Assembly: GCF_001952655.1 (NCBI RefSeq)
Contig: NW_018128011.1
Coordinates: 1,079,772-1,099,452, forward strand
Length of the DNA stretch: 19,681 nucleotides
Source of the DNA: Monopterus albus
Taxonomy: Eukaryota
Direction of reading: 5' to 3'
Shown piece after piece: positions 1-11,146 of the stretch (positions within the stretch are counted from its first letter, which is position 1; each line of letters starts with the position of its first letter). The position numbers were made by a program, and so were the translations under genes. The notes beneath the pieces are model-generated. The model did not search any database and was not told where the DNA came from. It saw only the letters and a program-made list of their open reading frames with translations.

Positions 1-2
1 AA

Positions 3-55
3 GCAGCTCTGATGGCTGTGGAAAGAAAGCTGAACCTGGAGGACAAATCAGATTG
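3..55 (+). CDS. Partial coding exon (penultimate?) of an unidentified upstream gene; frame 3 reads AALMAVERKLNLEDKSD and ends in phase 2 (TG) at donor TG|gtaagg (GT at 56-57)
   Basis: Open frame from the window edge ending exactly at a consensus donor GTAAGG. The phase is compatible with both candidate acceptors of the downstream terminal exon (337 or 400), each completing a Cys codon. Confidence 0.35.
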
Positions 56-399
56 GTAAGGGAGCAGTCAGGACTCAGATGAGCAGATTTACTAACTTGT
101 TAGTATCCATGTTCCTCAGAGGAACATGAGGACTTGCACATAAGTCTAAAACACAGACTTGTTCTCTTTTCGGTTTAGTTATTATATGAGCTTTCCTGTA
201 GTGTCACCCTCATGGTGGATGTAAAGGTTTAATAAACAAAAACCAGCCTTTCAGTATTATCCTAAATGATGTGTGTGTAATAGTTGGATGACAGCTCAAA
301 GAGCTCAGGATGTTATTTGTTTTGTTCCGTCTCTAGCGAGATTTCATCCTCTCCTGTTGCTGTTGTATTAATATCTGCTGTGTCATCTTTTCATACCAG

Positions 400-496
400 T
401 GGAGCAAGCACAGTGAGATCTGCAGGGACCATTCTGGATGACATCGGCAACATGTTTGACGACCTGGCTGACCAGCTGGACGCCATGTTGGACTGA
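400..496 (+). CDS. Terminal coding exon of the same unidentified gene: (C)[31 protein letters not shown], stop TGA 494-496. The alternative acceptor ctctag|C at 335-336 would start the exon at 337 and add [21 protein letters not shown].
   Basis: Acceptor cataccag|T (AG 398-399) follows a pyrimidine tract. An in-frame ORF runs to TGA at 494-496. The acidic D/L-rich C-terminal tail is non-random. I do not recognise the family. Confidence 0.4.
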
Positions 497-1418
497 GGAG
501 TTTTCTAAAATCCCTAAAATGAAAAAAAGAAATTTGCCGTTGAACCTCAGGAAGTGAACCACAGTAAGAGAAAAAGGGGGGAAAGGAGAGATGATAGAGG
601 GATTTCCCCACCAGCGTTTTACCCCCTGACTCTGAATTTCCACGGTGGAGACAGAGGAGATTTCTCAGCCTGAACACCAGCACTTATTCTCCAGTATGTT
701 TCCTAAACTGAGTCCTTTACTCACAAAGGAGTTGAATGTGGCCGTCGAATTTCCTCGAGTCAGTCCAGCACAGACAGTTTTTACATTTTATATTGTATCA
801 AATATGAATCAAACAGAGACAGAAGTTGGACCAGTGGTATATTATCAGCCCACAGCAGTGGGTGTTATTATTATTGTTATAGTTAAAAACTAATATTGTT
901 TTATCTTTTTGACAAGTCCTGACATCACTTCCTGTCCGGCCTCTGTTCCAGTAGCTCATTCTGTCTTTGGGTAGAAGTTCCCGGACTTTATTCTCCATAA
1001 TGTGAGAAACATGCGGGTTGATTCATGAGTTTGAAGGTTCATCAGACGCCAAAACTCTACACACAGCTTTATAATATTCTGAGAGAGGAACACTATCACA
1101 GAGACAGTCAATATTACGCTTAATGTTGCAAAGTTATCAAATAAGAATGTGGTCTTGTTAGACCAGCGGAACCGCAGCCACTTTGCAGTAAAGTTAAAGC
1201 CTTTTTGTTCCCTTTTAATTGCATCCCACCAACATTTTAGCTGTAAACAAGCTGTTCAGTCTCACAGCGTGCCACTGCTGCTCCTTACAGTTAGAATACA
1301 GCACTTACATGCCATATGTTATTTTTCCTTATGTCCGTACTGGCTGTGAAGTGATCCCTTATTTACAATGAAGCCTTCAGCAGTCGGAGTTGCCCATATC
1401 AAGTGGGTATTTTCTAGT

Positions 1419-1424
1419 AATAAA
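1419..1424 (+). promoter_or_regulatory. Candidate polyadenylation signal AATAAA for the upstream gene, about 925 nt after its stop. A second AATAAA lies at 2470-2475.
   Basis: Hexamer AATAAA seen in the sequence. No cleavage-site evidence. Confidence 0.2.
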
Positions 1425-3287
1425 CTTGCACGACAACCAGGATGAAAATACTGTATAGCTACGGTATATTAAATATTTACCACACTTATAGTATATAGGC
1501 ATACACAGTGAACCACACACCATACTGTAACGTTGTGTTTAAAGGCTGCATGTTTAATGAGTTGTGTTATTACAGATGTTCTTACTGCTGGAACAAAATC
1601 CAGATGATCCAGTTTCACTTCAGCTCTGTCTTAACCATGTCCGATCATTTCAAATTTTACCTGTGTAATATTTAAAAATCCGTTTTATTCCAAGTGATCC
1701 TAACCCATGTGTAGTTAGTCTTCCACTCGCCTGTTGCCAGTATGTCCGTCTTCTTAGAAACTGACCTTTTCTACAGATATTTGTGTATTTATGAACCTTC
1801 TAAACGTGTTCAGTAATAATGCCACGTGCAAAGAGAAGAGATGCATGTTCAGTTCGTTTCACATGTGGATTCCGTCTTTGTATGTACAAGGGCAGATAGT
1901 GTGACGTGACAGTAATATTCATACATACTATTTTTTGATATTCAATTTAGGAAAATTAGTATTTAAATTAGTCATCTAAATATGTATATTGTACACTAGA
2001 GGTATATACAGGAGCAGAAACCCAACCAAAGGACTTTGTACAGATTCTCTTCAGATATTTTCAGAAACAAAAAAAAAACAGACTGATGAGCTGTTAGCTG
2101 CCTTGTTATTGTTTGTTTATGAAATGTTATGTTTGTGTCCAGCCTGCAGTGTATGGATAAAGTTTCCATATTTAGCATGCCATAAGTGTTTGAACATGTT
2201 TAGTTGGCGAAGAAGACCCTGGTTAACCCTGGTGTGTTGGTTTTGTCCTGTGGCCATGCGACCTTGTGTGAATGAGATGTTCTGTGTTGGACTTTTCCTC
2301 TGAGTCTCAGGAACACACCGCTCCTCTGGCTTCTCCTGCTCACAGTATGGAAGATATAAAAAAGAAATCTAAGAGTATATGCAGTCACTGTGGCGTGGTA
2401 CAAGGATAAACATTTGATAAAACTAAAGTATTAAGCTTGCCCTTGAATGACTTTTCCAAATTCATATTTAATAAACAGTTATTTCATTAAAAAAATTTAT
2501 GAACCACAATAAAACTAAAACTCAGGATGCTTTTTAAATAGTAATAATTTTAAAGCATCTTAATTTGCCCCGAAACAGTCTCAGCTCTACACTAAAAGTA
2601 TGTATGTGCAATGGGTCAATCTGCATCATAATGGAGGTGGATCGTGTGTGTGTCTCCATGTGAGTGTGCACACTGTATGTCGTTTTGATAATTACTGTTG
2701 TTTTCATTGCCTTCTGCTGTATCATTTGTTTAACCATTAAATATCTATAATGTTACCCTACTTGTGTGTTTTTGTAATAGCTCTTTATAGAAAAACAATT
2801 TCTATTATACATTTTTCAAATATTTTTTCACTTAACTGAAATAAATGTGCAGCAATAACTACAAATGTGAAGCTGGAGCATGTTTCTGCAGACCATTTGT
2901 TATTGGTGGAAGATGAACAGGGTTAGACACTGAGGTCAGTGTTTTAGATTCCTCAGTCAGAAGTTCAGGATTCTTCTCTTCAGCACCAAGGACAGCTCAC
3001 GTTGTTTCCCTTTATAAGCTTCTTGTTTCTTTTACCAATAGAAAGTGACCAGCTAACAAACTAGAAACACATCCACTAAGACTAATCTTTTTTTTGGAAA
3101 AAGCTATCGTATTCATCTTCAGTATGTGTTAGATTAATTGTTAGATTATGGCCAAATGTTCTGTGGTGTACTCACATTTCCTGCTGTGTACTTTGCTCGG
3201 GCCTGTGCCCCAGTAGAAATGTATGTCTAGCAATGCCCCTGAGGTTACTGGAATCTTTGAGGAAGTGGCATGGGGTCTGTCTCATCC

Positions 3288-3700
3288 CTAATGGACTCCT
3301 GATACACTACTAAAAATGAGATACTTAAACCACAAACGTGCAAAACAACCACAGAGAGATGTAAAATATCTGCAATGAGAAGATGCAAAATTATCCAAAA
3401 CAATAACAAAGATACACCAAATTACTACAAATATATTTAAACGGAGGGGCCACAAAGAGATATCCAATAAATACAAAGCAAACAGACAAACTACAAACCA
3501 TTGTAAAACGATTGGGAAGAGACACAAAACTACAGCTAAAAAATCAACACACATGCAAAACAATGCAAAACCGGCACAAAGAGATGCAAAATATCTTCGA
3601 TGAGACACAAAATGTTGTTAAAGAAAGAAAGCATAAAGGAACACAAAACAATCAAAAACTACGTGGCTGCATGACCTGTGGTTGTTATATGGGAGTGTTT
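3288..3700. repeat. Degenerate A/C-rich tandem-like repeat (units such as gagatgcaaaatatct / acaaagagata / caaaac), typical of a fish interspersed or satellite-like element
   Basis: gagatgtaaaatatctgcaatgaga (about 3355-3380) recurs as gagatgcaaaatatcttcgatgaga (about 3582-3606). There are many CACAAA/CAAAAC motifs and strongly skewed composition. The 106-aa minus-strand ORF here is low-complexity. Confidence 0.55.
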
Positions 3701-3719
3701 ACAGTTTTGTAGGGACCGG

Positions 3720-4100
3720 GAGCCTTTTACATGTCTGTGTCCCACCGGTTCTGACACAGTCCGTCTGTAAACTGAACTGTACGTGGTGACGCAACCTGAC
3801 GCACCTCTGCACCAAAGTCGGTAAGCCACGTGACAGGTTATCCAATTTCCGGGATAACAAAAGCAGCCACGCCCACAACCATTGCGCAGCTGTCTTTGTT
3901 TGCTCTGGTTCCTAAGTAAAGTTTATCTTTGTTTTACCTTCGGTAAGCATTGTCAGTGAGTCAGAGTCCGTCTGAGAGAGCTGCTTATCCCCAACTCACT
4001 GCCGCTGGGTCGAGGTAAGAGCCCTGGAACTACTTTCTCGCATCGACGGTACAAGAACTTAAAGATTAAGACTTACTCACTTATTTGCAGAAAGTCTTGC
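3720..4100 (+). promoter_or_regulatory. mvp: CpG-enriched putative mvp promoter and transcription start region. E-box CACGTG 3827-3832, CCAAT 3842-3846, TTCCGGG (ETS-like core) 3848-3854, CACGCCC (KLF/Sp-like) 3868-3876.
   Basis: About 15 CpG in 300 bp against a CpG-poor background. The motifs were read directly. The region lies about 3.1 kb upstream of the first coding exon, which begins at an acceptor (so a non-coding exon 1 is required). Confidence 0.4.
3880..4014 (+). other. mvp: Candidate non-coding exon 1 (5' UTR) of mvp ending at donor GAG|gtaaga (GT 4015-4016). Other candidate donors are CGgtaagc at 3943-3944 and 3821-3822, and AAG|gtgagg at 4533-4534.
   Basis: Exon 2 starts at the acceptor ctctctgcag| (7131-7140) upstream of the ATG, so a 5' exon must exist. 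Several consensus donors sit inside the CpG-rich region. The boundaries are not resolvable from sequence alone. Confidence 0.2.
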
Positions 4101-4794
4101 CTGATAAAATAAAACTAAAGATGTTTTCTGAATTAATCCGTTACAGACTTCAAATCGGCATTTATATGTTACACTCTTTAGCTTTTTGTTTTAATAGTTT
4201 AACTTGAACTGCTGTTCTCACTGCAGTAAACTAGCCAGTCAGTCGGAGGAGTTGAACGATTAAAAAAATGAATTGAGATTAATCTGGAACTTTGGTTTAT
4301 TAATGCACGCCGTACTCAACGCAGCCTCCTATAAACCCTTAAGGGGCTTTATAGTGTTCTAGTGGACACGCAGCCAAACGAGGAAAGGTTTGGTCTCCAG
4401 AGGGAGAACAACTTGGGCGTCACTTTAATTCACCGGGAAGTTTTCTCATGCAACTGCGTGAATTTAACTTGGCTGATACTGTAGATTAGAATAACCACCG
4501 TACATAATTTGAAAAGCAGTGACTCTGAGAAGGTGAGGTTCATTGCTGGAAGAGATTCATCTTAGTGGCAGGCCAACGAGGCCAGCGGGGGGAGAAACCG
4601 GTCCAGGCAGACGAATTACAGAGTAGGGCGGAGCTGATGGTACTTTAGACCTAACGAGATACTTTATGGTGCTCAAGAGGAAGAAGAGCCATAAGGGACG
4701 TCCCTTGTCTTTTATAACCTAACGTTACTTCATGAATCTGACACATTTTTCCAACGCATCCAATTTTTAAAGTCACATGTTTGAAATATGGCTG

Positions 4795-4870
4795 GGTGAA
4801 TCAGATTATTTATATAGCGCACTTTTGTACTGGTCAGTGCTTTGTAGGCGACTGATCGCATGTTGCCTTA
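4795..4870 (-). repeat. Fragment of a teleost interspersed repeat carrying the conserved ...AAAGTGCGCTATATAAATAA tail motif (seen as its reverse complement)
   Basis: ttatttatatagcgcacttttgtactggtcagtgctttgtagg is the reverse complement of the GCTTTG...AAAGCGCTATATAAAT-type motif. The same motif occurs at the tail of the SINE at 12478-12560. Confidence 0.3.
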
Positions 4871-5208
4871 TTATCAGGCTAAGAGGAAACGCCTGAAATG
4901 TAATAAATGTAAAATAAAAGGATAAAATAGATTAAAACAGAATAGAAGGCGAGAGCACTTAACAGATAAAACACAGCAAATAAAATGTATTGGTGCACGT
5001 TTGCAATATTTATCAGATGATAAAAGCAGATTTAGTGACACACCTCATAGAAGCCTTAAATTGCAGGTAAGTTTATTTATATGACACAGTTTCATACACA
5101 AAGGCGATTCGAAGTGCTTGACACAGTACATACAATAGGATAAAACATAAAAATGCACGCATAGATGAAACACTGGAATATAAAATAGATTAACACATTA
5201 AATGCAAA

Positions 5209-5653
5209 CTAGAGAAATGCATTTCCTGTTGAAAATGCATGTGGATGCAATGTGCTGAAGGATCGCCCTGAAAATGCTGAACATTTTGACACCTGAAAGG
5301 CATATCTACCTGAAAGTATGCTGAAGTAGAATTTTTGAAAAATTGTTAATAGAAGCATGAATGTCCTTGAAAAGCTGAACATTTTGATACCCGAAATAGG
5401 TGAAGGTATGCTGAAGTAGAATTTCTCCATTCATTTGAATCAGGGAAAACTTTCAAAATAAAGATAAATATTTCAAAGGTATGAGATTTAGAAAAATTCT
5501 GAAGAGCAGCATGAATGTACTTGGAGAGCTGAACATTTTGATACCCCAAATAGCTGAAAGTATGCTGAGTGTAGAATTTCCCCATTCATTTGAATGGTGC
5601 AAGATTTTCAGAATAAAGCTAAATATTATAAAAGCATGAAGTTGCAGCAGCAC
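5209..5653. repeat. Minisatellite in mvp intron 1: about 3 copies of a ~155-bp unit (gctgaacattttgataccc-aaatagctgaa-gtatgctgaagtagaatttc...cattcatttgaat...), one copy internally deleted
   Basis: Unit starts at 5276, 5374 and 5528. agcatgaatgtccttgaaaagctgaac is similar to agcatgaatgtacttggagagctgaac. The overlapping ORFs 5209-5653 are repeat artefacts. Confidence 0.6.
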
Positions 5654-7196
5654 AAAGTAGCAACATGCAAGCGTAGATACCTAGTACTTTTTTGTTTCTT
5701 ATGAAACATTTGAAACATCAATGTCTATTCAAAGATGCAAACGTTTCTGGCCTGTTGTACAGCATTTAGTCTCTTTCTCTGAGTCTTTGAACCTATTTGT
5801 CCTGGTTGGGCTGTATAAAGGTTTTGTGACATCCAGGCACTTGGATCTTGCCAGAAAGAAGCAAACATTTACAAACTGTACCATAGTCTGGTTGTTTGAA
5901 TGAGGTTTGCACTGATGTTATCTTATCCATCACTCAGACCTTTAATCTGTAACGCAGTTGATAACACAATCTCATAGTAAGACTAGCAAGTTAGAGAGCT
6001 GTTGTGCAGAAGTGTTGATTACAGCCCTCTGAAGTGGAGGAGCTGAGAAAATAATCCTTATTCTGTAGGTATACTGAAGTCAGGAACAAAATTACATTAA
6101 ATTTATAATATTTCCTACTTAAAAAAAAAACATGGTAATCATTAATATGTCTTTAGCAGCCGTATTCTCATCTCAGCTCTGTGAATCTTGTGTAACTTAA
6201 TAAACATCATAAAAAAAACCAATGTTGCCTGATTTTTATTAGTGCAGTAGCTAACACTTAATGTGTTTTGGCAAAATTTTTATGTATATGAAAATATAAA
6301 AATGGCAGTCACTACATTTAAGCCAAGCTTAATACAGAACCATAAAATGTACCAGTCACACCAGTAACTGATAGCTGAAACATTAGGCTAGTAAATGATG
6401 TTCTCCTCAGTCATGTTGTCATTTTAATTTTACAGATGGTCACATAGTAGCCTGACATACAGACTTAAACTGAACAAGTCCTATCAAACGATCATTCAGT
6501 TACGACAGAAAAAGGTACATTCGTCTTTTTGTACACAGGCATTGCAATATGTGCAACTTCTTTGTGTAGTAGGTGTGTCTGTGTGCATACCTGAGGTTCA
6601 GTAGGTAGCATTTGTCATGTCTAAGATCGGAGTACACAGCAAGTTCCCAACATTTCAACATTTGTCTTGTTAGTCAACTCATAAATCTTGAGTTCAACAT
6701 ACAGTGTTCACCTGACTGAAGCTAAACAAAGAAGTTTCTTGTTTGCTTAGTTGCTCTTTTATCTGCTTTTTAATACTTCTGTAGGTATCTCTGAGCCAAG
6801 TTAAACTTTGAGCTACGTTCCTTCAGATTGTCATTGCATTAATAAACCAATCCAAAAAGGAGTAAATAATGGAAACTTAACAAAGCTAGGCCTGTAGCAT
6901 AACTTATTTGTTATTTGTGTGTTTTATTTTTTCATTTCACCAGTTATATAGAAGTACCACAGAGATCATTTCAGTAGTAGAACACTGTACCATGTGACTG
7001 TCTTACGTTTTGCAGAACTCCCACTTTGCACTCAAATGAAACTTTTTTTTTAACTTGTTTTCCTTATAGTTTTATGTTAGTTTAAAAAAGGTCACAAATA
7101 TGAGGTTTGTAATGTTCCTGACAGTCCCACTCCTCTCTGCAGCATTAAGTTTAGATCATGTCCAAGTCTGGAGGAAGCCACAGGCAGGAGGTTGGG

Positions 7197-7321
7197 ATGC
7201 CAATGGGCGAGTCAATCATCCGGATCCCACCCCATCACTACATCCATGTCCTGGACCAGAACACAAACATTGCCCGAGTGGAGATCGGACCACTCACCTA
7301 CATCCGCCAGGATAATGAAAG
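7197..7321 (+). CDS. mvp: mvp first coding exon (the exon begins at acceptor ctctctgcag| with first base 7141). ATG at 7197 gives [41 protein letters not shown](R). Alternative in-frame ATGs are at 7158 and 7203.
   Basis: Matches the MVP N-terminus (human [22 protein letters not shown]..., from memory). The exon ends in phase 2 at AG|gtctgg (GT 7322-7323). Confidence 0.85.
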
Positions 7322-7402
7322 GTCTGGAGATCCATTAAAATTACAAACTGCAGTCTGATCAGAGTCCCTGCTGACATTTTGGTGTTGTAGGATGCCTTCA
7401 TA

Positions 7403-7420
7403 TTTTTTTTTTTTTTTTTT
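7403..7420. repeat. Poly(T) homopolymer (18 nt) in intron 2
   Basis: Read directly. Confidence 0.9.
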
Positions 7421-9363
7421 CCCCAGACATGTATTTGTTGTGACTCTTCCATTAATCAAATAATTGGTCAGGCCAGTCCCTTGCTACATATTGTCCTAGC
7501 TACTCAGAGGTGAGTGGTGTATCACTACAACGGTGACATTCTCAGTGGACACAGAAGCTGCGGAAGAGGCTGTTACAAGCAGTTCATTTAACTAGGGCTG
7601 CTAAACTGACTGTTGAATCATCCTTCTATATACAATTAGATATTTGTCGATGGTCGGTCGTGTTTTATTCAATCCGCCAATCTCAACATCCAGAGGAAGA
7701 GTACCAGGTCTCAGCTGGCATCAAGATGAGCAAGATGTAACAGTTTAGGGCCAGGATTAGTTCAATATTAATATTTTTATTTTTGTTATTTTAAAACTTA
7801 AAGGTGACTTTTATTAGGGTTAACTAGAGTCGCTGAGATGTTTGAGTCATTTTTCATTCAAAAAGCCAAACATTTGCTGGTTCCAGCTTCTCAAAGGTGA
7901 TTCGCTACAAGTTTTTTTTTGTTATATCTTAGTCAGTGAAATATCTTTAGATGTTGACTGGTCAAAACAATGTGATGAAGACTCATAAATTAAAAGAGGA
8001 ACATTTTGTTACTTATATAGGCAAAATGATTAGTCATTCATGAAGAATATAGGCAGCTTAATCAATTCAAATAATCATTAAGAGAAGCCCTAGAGTTACC
8101 ATTAAGTAGTTTTTTTGTAGATATACAGTGATATAAATTGAGGATGTAATGAACATCAGACTCTAATGGACACAAACAGGACTTTTGACTTTGAGTCTTG
8201 TGAGTGATTGTGATCCACATCGGCCCACAGGAGCACAATGTGCAGATTAAACTGTAGACCTGCTGATTACCTCCGTTTGTTTAAAAGGGGAAACGGTCAT
8301 TCTTCATGTGATGGGAAATGTACTGTTGAAACCTGTTGCTTCATTTGTGATTATGTCACAGTGTGAACTGAATCGGATCAGTGTGATCAACCTCTCTGAA
8401 ATCCCTGAGACTAAAGTCACATCTTGCTGTTTAAAAAGCCTCTGTCCAAGTAGGACTCTACGATTTCCTTTAACAGCCAAACAGCCGTGTTTTGCTCACA
8501 CCCCTTTTGTTTTTTTTTTGTTTTTTTTAATTCCCATGTACAAGGTTGACAGGTGGTTTTAGAAGACATCACTGTAGGCAAAGAATATTGATTTATTTAC
8601 TGTGTTCACTTTCATAGCCTTGTACATGGAAAATAAACATTGTGATTTGAATACATCTTAATTCAAAGTACAGGATTTCCCTTTTCTTGTCACAGACATT
8701 ACAGATGACAACTAATTCAGATAAGTAATTTGCTAAAAGTAACAGCAATAAAATTTTCCACCTTATTTTGAGTCAAACAGTTCCTCATGTTCTTTAAAGA
8801 GGACCTTGTACAGGACAGTATTTTAACTTCCTTAGCATGAGAATACAAAATCTCTGGGACCAGAAGTCTGGCTTCTTGTAATTTTATTTGTTTACTGTGT
8901 TATAGATTTAATGTTAAAGTGTGTAAAGCGGGCTTTCCTGCACTGTACATGCTACACTTACATTAGCCACCTGTATTGTACTGCACAGTATATGCAGAAC
9001 AACAGTGGTCCCTGTACATGTCCCTGTAGAATGATTTAAGTGCACAGAGACAAGCTGGACAGGGCATTTGGAAAGCTAACTTGCTGGTTTTGTCCTTGCA
9101 GATAAGATTACATCTATTTTAGTCAAAACTGAGCTTTTAATTTTTTTTACAAGAAATTTTATCCTAGCAGTAAGGAGAAGTTTTGAATTAATCATAAAGC
9201 AGCAGTGACCTCCTGTCATTGTCATTATTGTTCAGCCGGTTGCATTTTTTTCCATTCACTGTTTATTTTATATTTTGTCAGAGTCAGAGTTGTTCAGTGG
9301 TGTAACACAATGAAAAGCAGGAAATCGTGATGTAACATCACTTTGTCTTGTTGTCTTTCCCAG

Positions 9364-9559
9364 AGTGCTCTTTGCGCCAGTTCGTATGATCATGGTGCCA
9401 CCACGCCACTACTGTGTGGTGCTCAACCCTGTGGTCCGAGATGATAATGGCCAGGTCCTCTTTGACCAGTCAGGTCAGGCGAAGCTTCGCCACGCTGACC
9501 TGGAGATTCGTCTGACCCAGGACCCGTTCCCCCTGTACCCCGGAGAGGAGGTTGAGAAG
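9364..9559 (+). CDS. mvp: mvp exon: (R)[65 protein letters not shown]
   Basis: Acceptor tttcccag| (AG 9362-9363). Donor GAGAAG|gtctgtaag (GT 9560-9561). Collinear with human VLFAPMRMV...[22 protein letters not shown]. Confidence 0.9.
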
Positions 9560-9789
9560 GTCTGTAAGAAACGGAGAGGGGGAAATGTTAAAGTTTAGAG
9601 GAGAACAAACTGGGATGTGTCTGTTTTACATATTTGAATGTAGAATTTTCCCACATAGATCAAATGAACCACTTGTTTGCTTATCTGTATTTTTAACATG
9701 AGATGTAACATTTTTAAAATCGAATGCCAGAATAGTATTTTCTTCTTTTGTTATTTGCAACATATATGACTTCCTGTGTTTGTCTCCAG

Positions 9790-9913
9790 GATGTGACTCC
9801 ACTGCAGATTGTGTATCCAGACACGGCCCTGCGTCTGCAGGCTCTGCTCGACTTCGAGGAGGAGGAAGGAGAGAAGAGAGTGGCTGGAGATGAGTGGCTG
9901 TTTGAAGGACCAG
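9790..9913 (+). CDS. mvp: mvp exon: [41 protein letters not shown](G)
   Basis: Acceptor tgtctccag| (AG 9788-9789). Donor CCAG|gtatgg (GT 9914-9915). Phase 1. Confidence 0.9.
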
Positions 9914-10122
9914 GTATGGTTTTATACAACACCAAATACTGTCCTTAAATAGAAATACTAAAACAGGACATAATATTTAGCTGAGGTTTTTTATTTTTTT
10001 TTGCTGATAAAGGTGAAGCAGCAATTAGATAATCAGGACTTGCACTGAGAGCCAATAATTAAACATGTTTTCAAGTTGTCAATTATGGTGCAATTGATAC
10101 TTGGGTAATGTCTTTGTTGCAG

Positions 10123-10254
10123 GGACCTACATCCCAAGGAAGGAGGTGGTGGTGTTGGAAACTATTAAGGCCACAGTGATCAGAGAGAACCAGGCCATCA
10201 GACTGAGAGCTCGCAAGGAGGGAGAAGACAGAGGAGGAGTCCACAGAGTCACAG
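10123..10254 (+). CDS. mvp: mvp exon: (G)[43 protein letters not shown](G)
   Basis: Acceptor ctttgttgcag| (AG 10121-10122). Donor ACAG|gtgttg (GT 10255-10256). Confidence 0.9.
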
Positions 10255-10324
10255 GTGTTGTAACACACATGTGCATGCACGTTTGTTTCCATTCCTTGTG
10301 AGGATTTTACTGGGTACATCCCGT

Positions 10325-10565
10325 GTCTCTTGATAGCACCATCGTTTCCCTCACTTGCGTCTCTTCCTTGTCTTAGTCCCACCCATGTAAGATGCGAGGA
10401 AAGTGAGGTGGAAGGGACTCGAGGAAACGCGTTATTAATGGCATAAGACGTCCTTTCCTCAGATTCCTCTTCTGAAGCATCCAATCACCAACTGATTTCT
10501 GATAAAAGGGGCTTATCGGTTCACAAAAAACTTTGTGAATTTTTATCTTGTGTGTCCTCACTCAT
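10325..10565. repeat. Copy 1 (intron 5) of an unclassified ~240-bp dispersed repeat family
   Basis: Shares tccctcacttgc...cttgtcttagtcccacccatgtaagatg...cgaggaaacg...gacgtcctttcctcagattcct...ctgaagcatcca.tcac...taaaagggg...cttgtgtgtcct with the copies at 15695 and 19300. Confidence 0.6.
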
Positions 10566-11146
10566 GACTCCTCCAGCAGCCTCCTCAGTCCTCAGAGGCT
10601 TGGAATGTCCTATGTCCGTAGGAGCAATCTTGTAAGAGACATAAGATGCACCCCACTGACTTACATTCACTTCCTGGAGACTTACCCTAACCTTAATCAT
10701 AACCACTACTTGCTTCAACCTAAACCTTAAACCAAATCACTCAAAATGTAATGATTTTCATGGTGGTGACCAGCATCTGGTCCCCACAGCGTGAGTGTGT
10801 ACGCAGGTTTTACAGCCTACTACTTACCAAACCAGAACATTACGTTAACCACGCACAATAAAATTCAATGACTGACAATATAGAAACTTGCTTTTTGTCC
10901 AAGGAGGAAGGGGAGTTCCCTCAGTGTGACTCTATAAACAGTGTCCCCATAACCTGAGTAGCACGAGACTACACACAGACATTTGGTGTCTCTAAGGCTT
11001 TTTTGAATGGCTTTCCTTCCTCATAAAACGATTTGCAAAGTAAAATGTGCAGGCTTTACACATTTGCATTAAAGCTCTCTGCTTGCGAGTACTGTACATG
11101 AATGCATCCTCCTTGGCAAAGAACAAGTACAAACATTGTTCCTTCC

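Noticed and set aside
645-893. 82-aa ORF (METEEISQPEHQHL...) just downstream of the upstream gene's stop codon
   Set aside because: It lies in the probable 3' UTR of that gene. It has a short, non-conserved-looking translation and ends in an (ATT)n-like run.
3288-3608. 106-aa minus-strand ORF (MSHRRYFASLCAGFALFCMCVDFLAVVLC...)
   Set aside because: It lies entirely within the A/C-rich degenerate tandem repeat. It has a low-complexity F/C/L-rich translation, no splice context and no recognisable domain.
3847-3856. Possible STAT/GAS element (TTCCGGGAT) in the promoter, by analogy with interferon-inducible mammalian MVP
   Set aside because: It does not fit the TTCNNNGAA palindrome (it ends GAT rather than GAA). 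Only an ETS-like TTCC/GGAA core is supportable.
5209-5653. Three overlapping minus-strand ORFs (66-79 aa) in intron 1
   Set aside because: They are generated by the tandem ~155-bp repeat units. The translations repeat one another (…SKCSAF.G.S…) and have no coding context.
10083-10484. 133-aa minus-strand ORF spanning the exon 5 and intron 5 boundary
   Set aside because: It is antisense to a confirmed mvp exon and runs into dispersed-repeat copy 1. There is no homology signal and the composition looks random.
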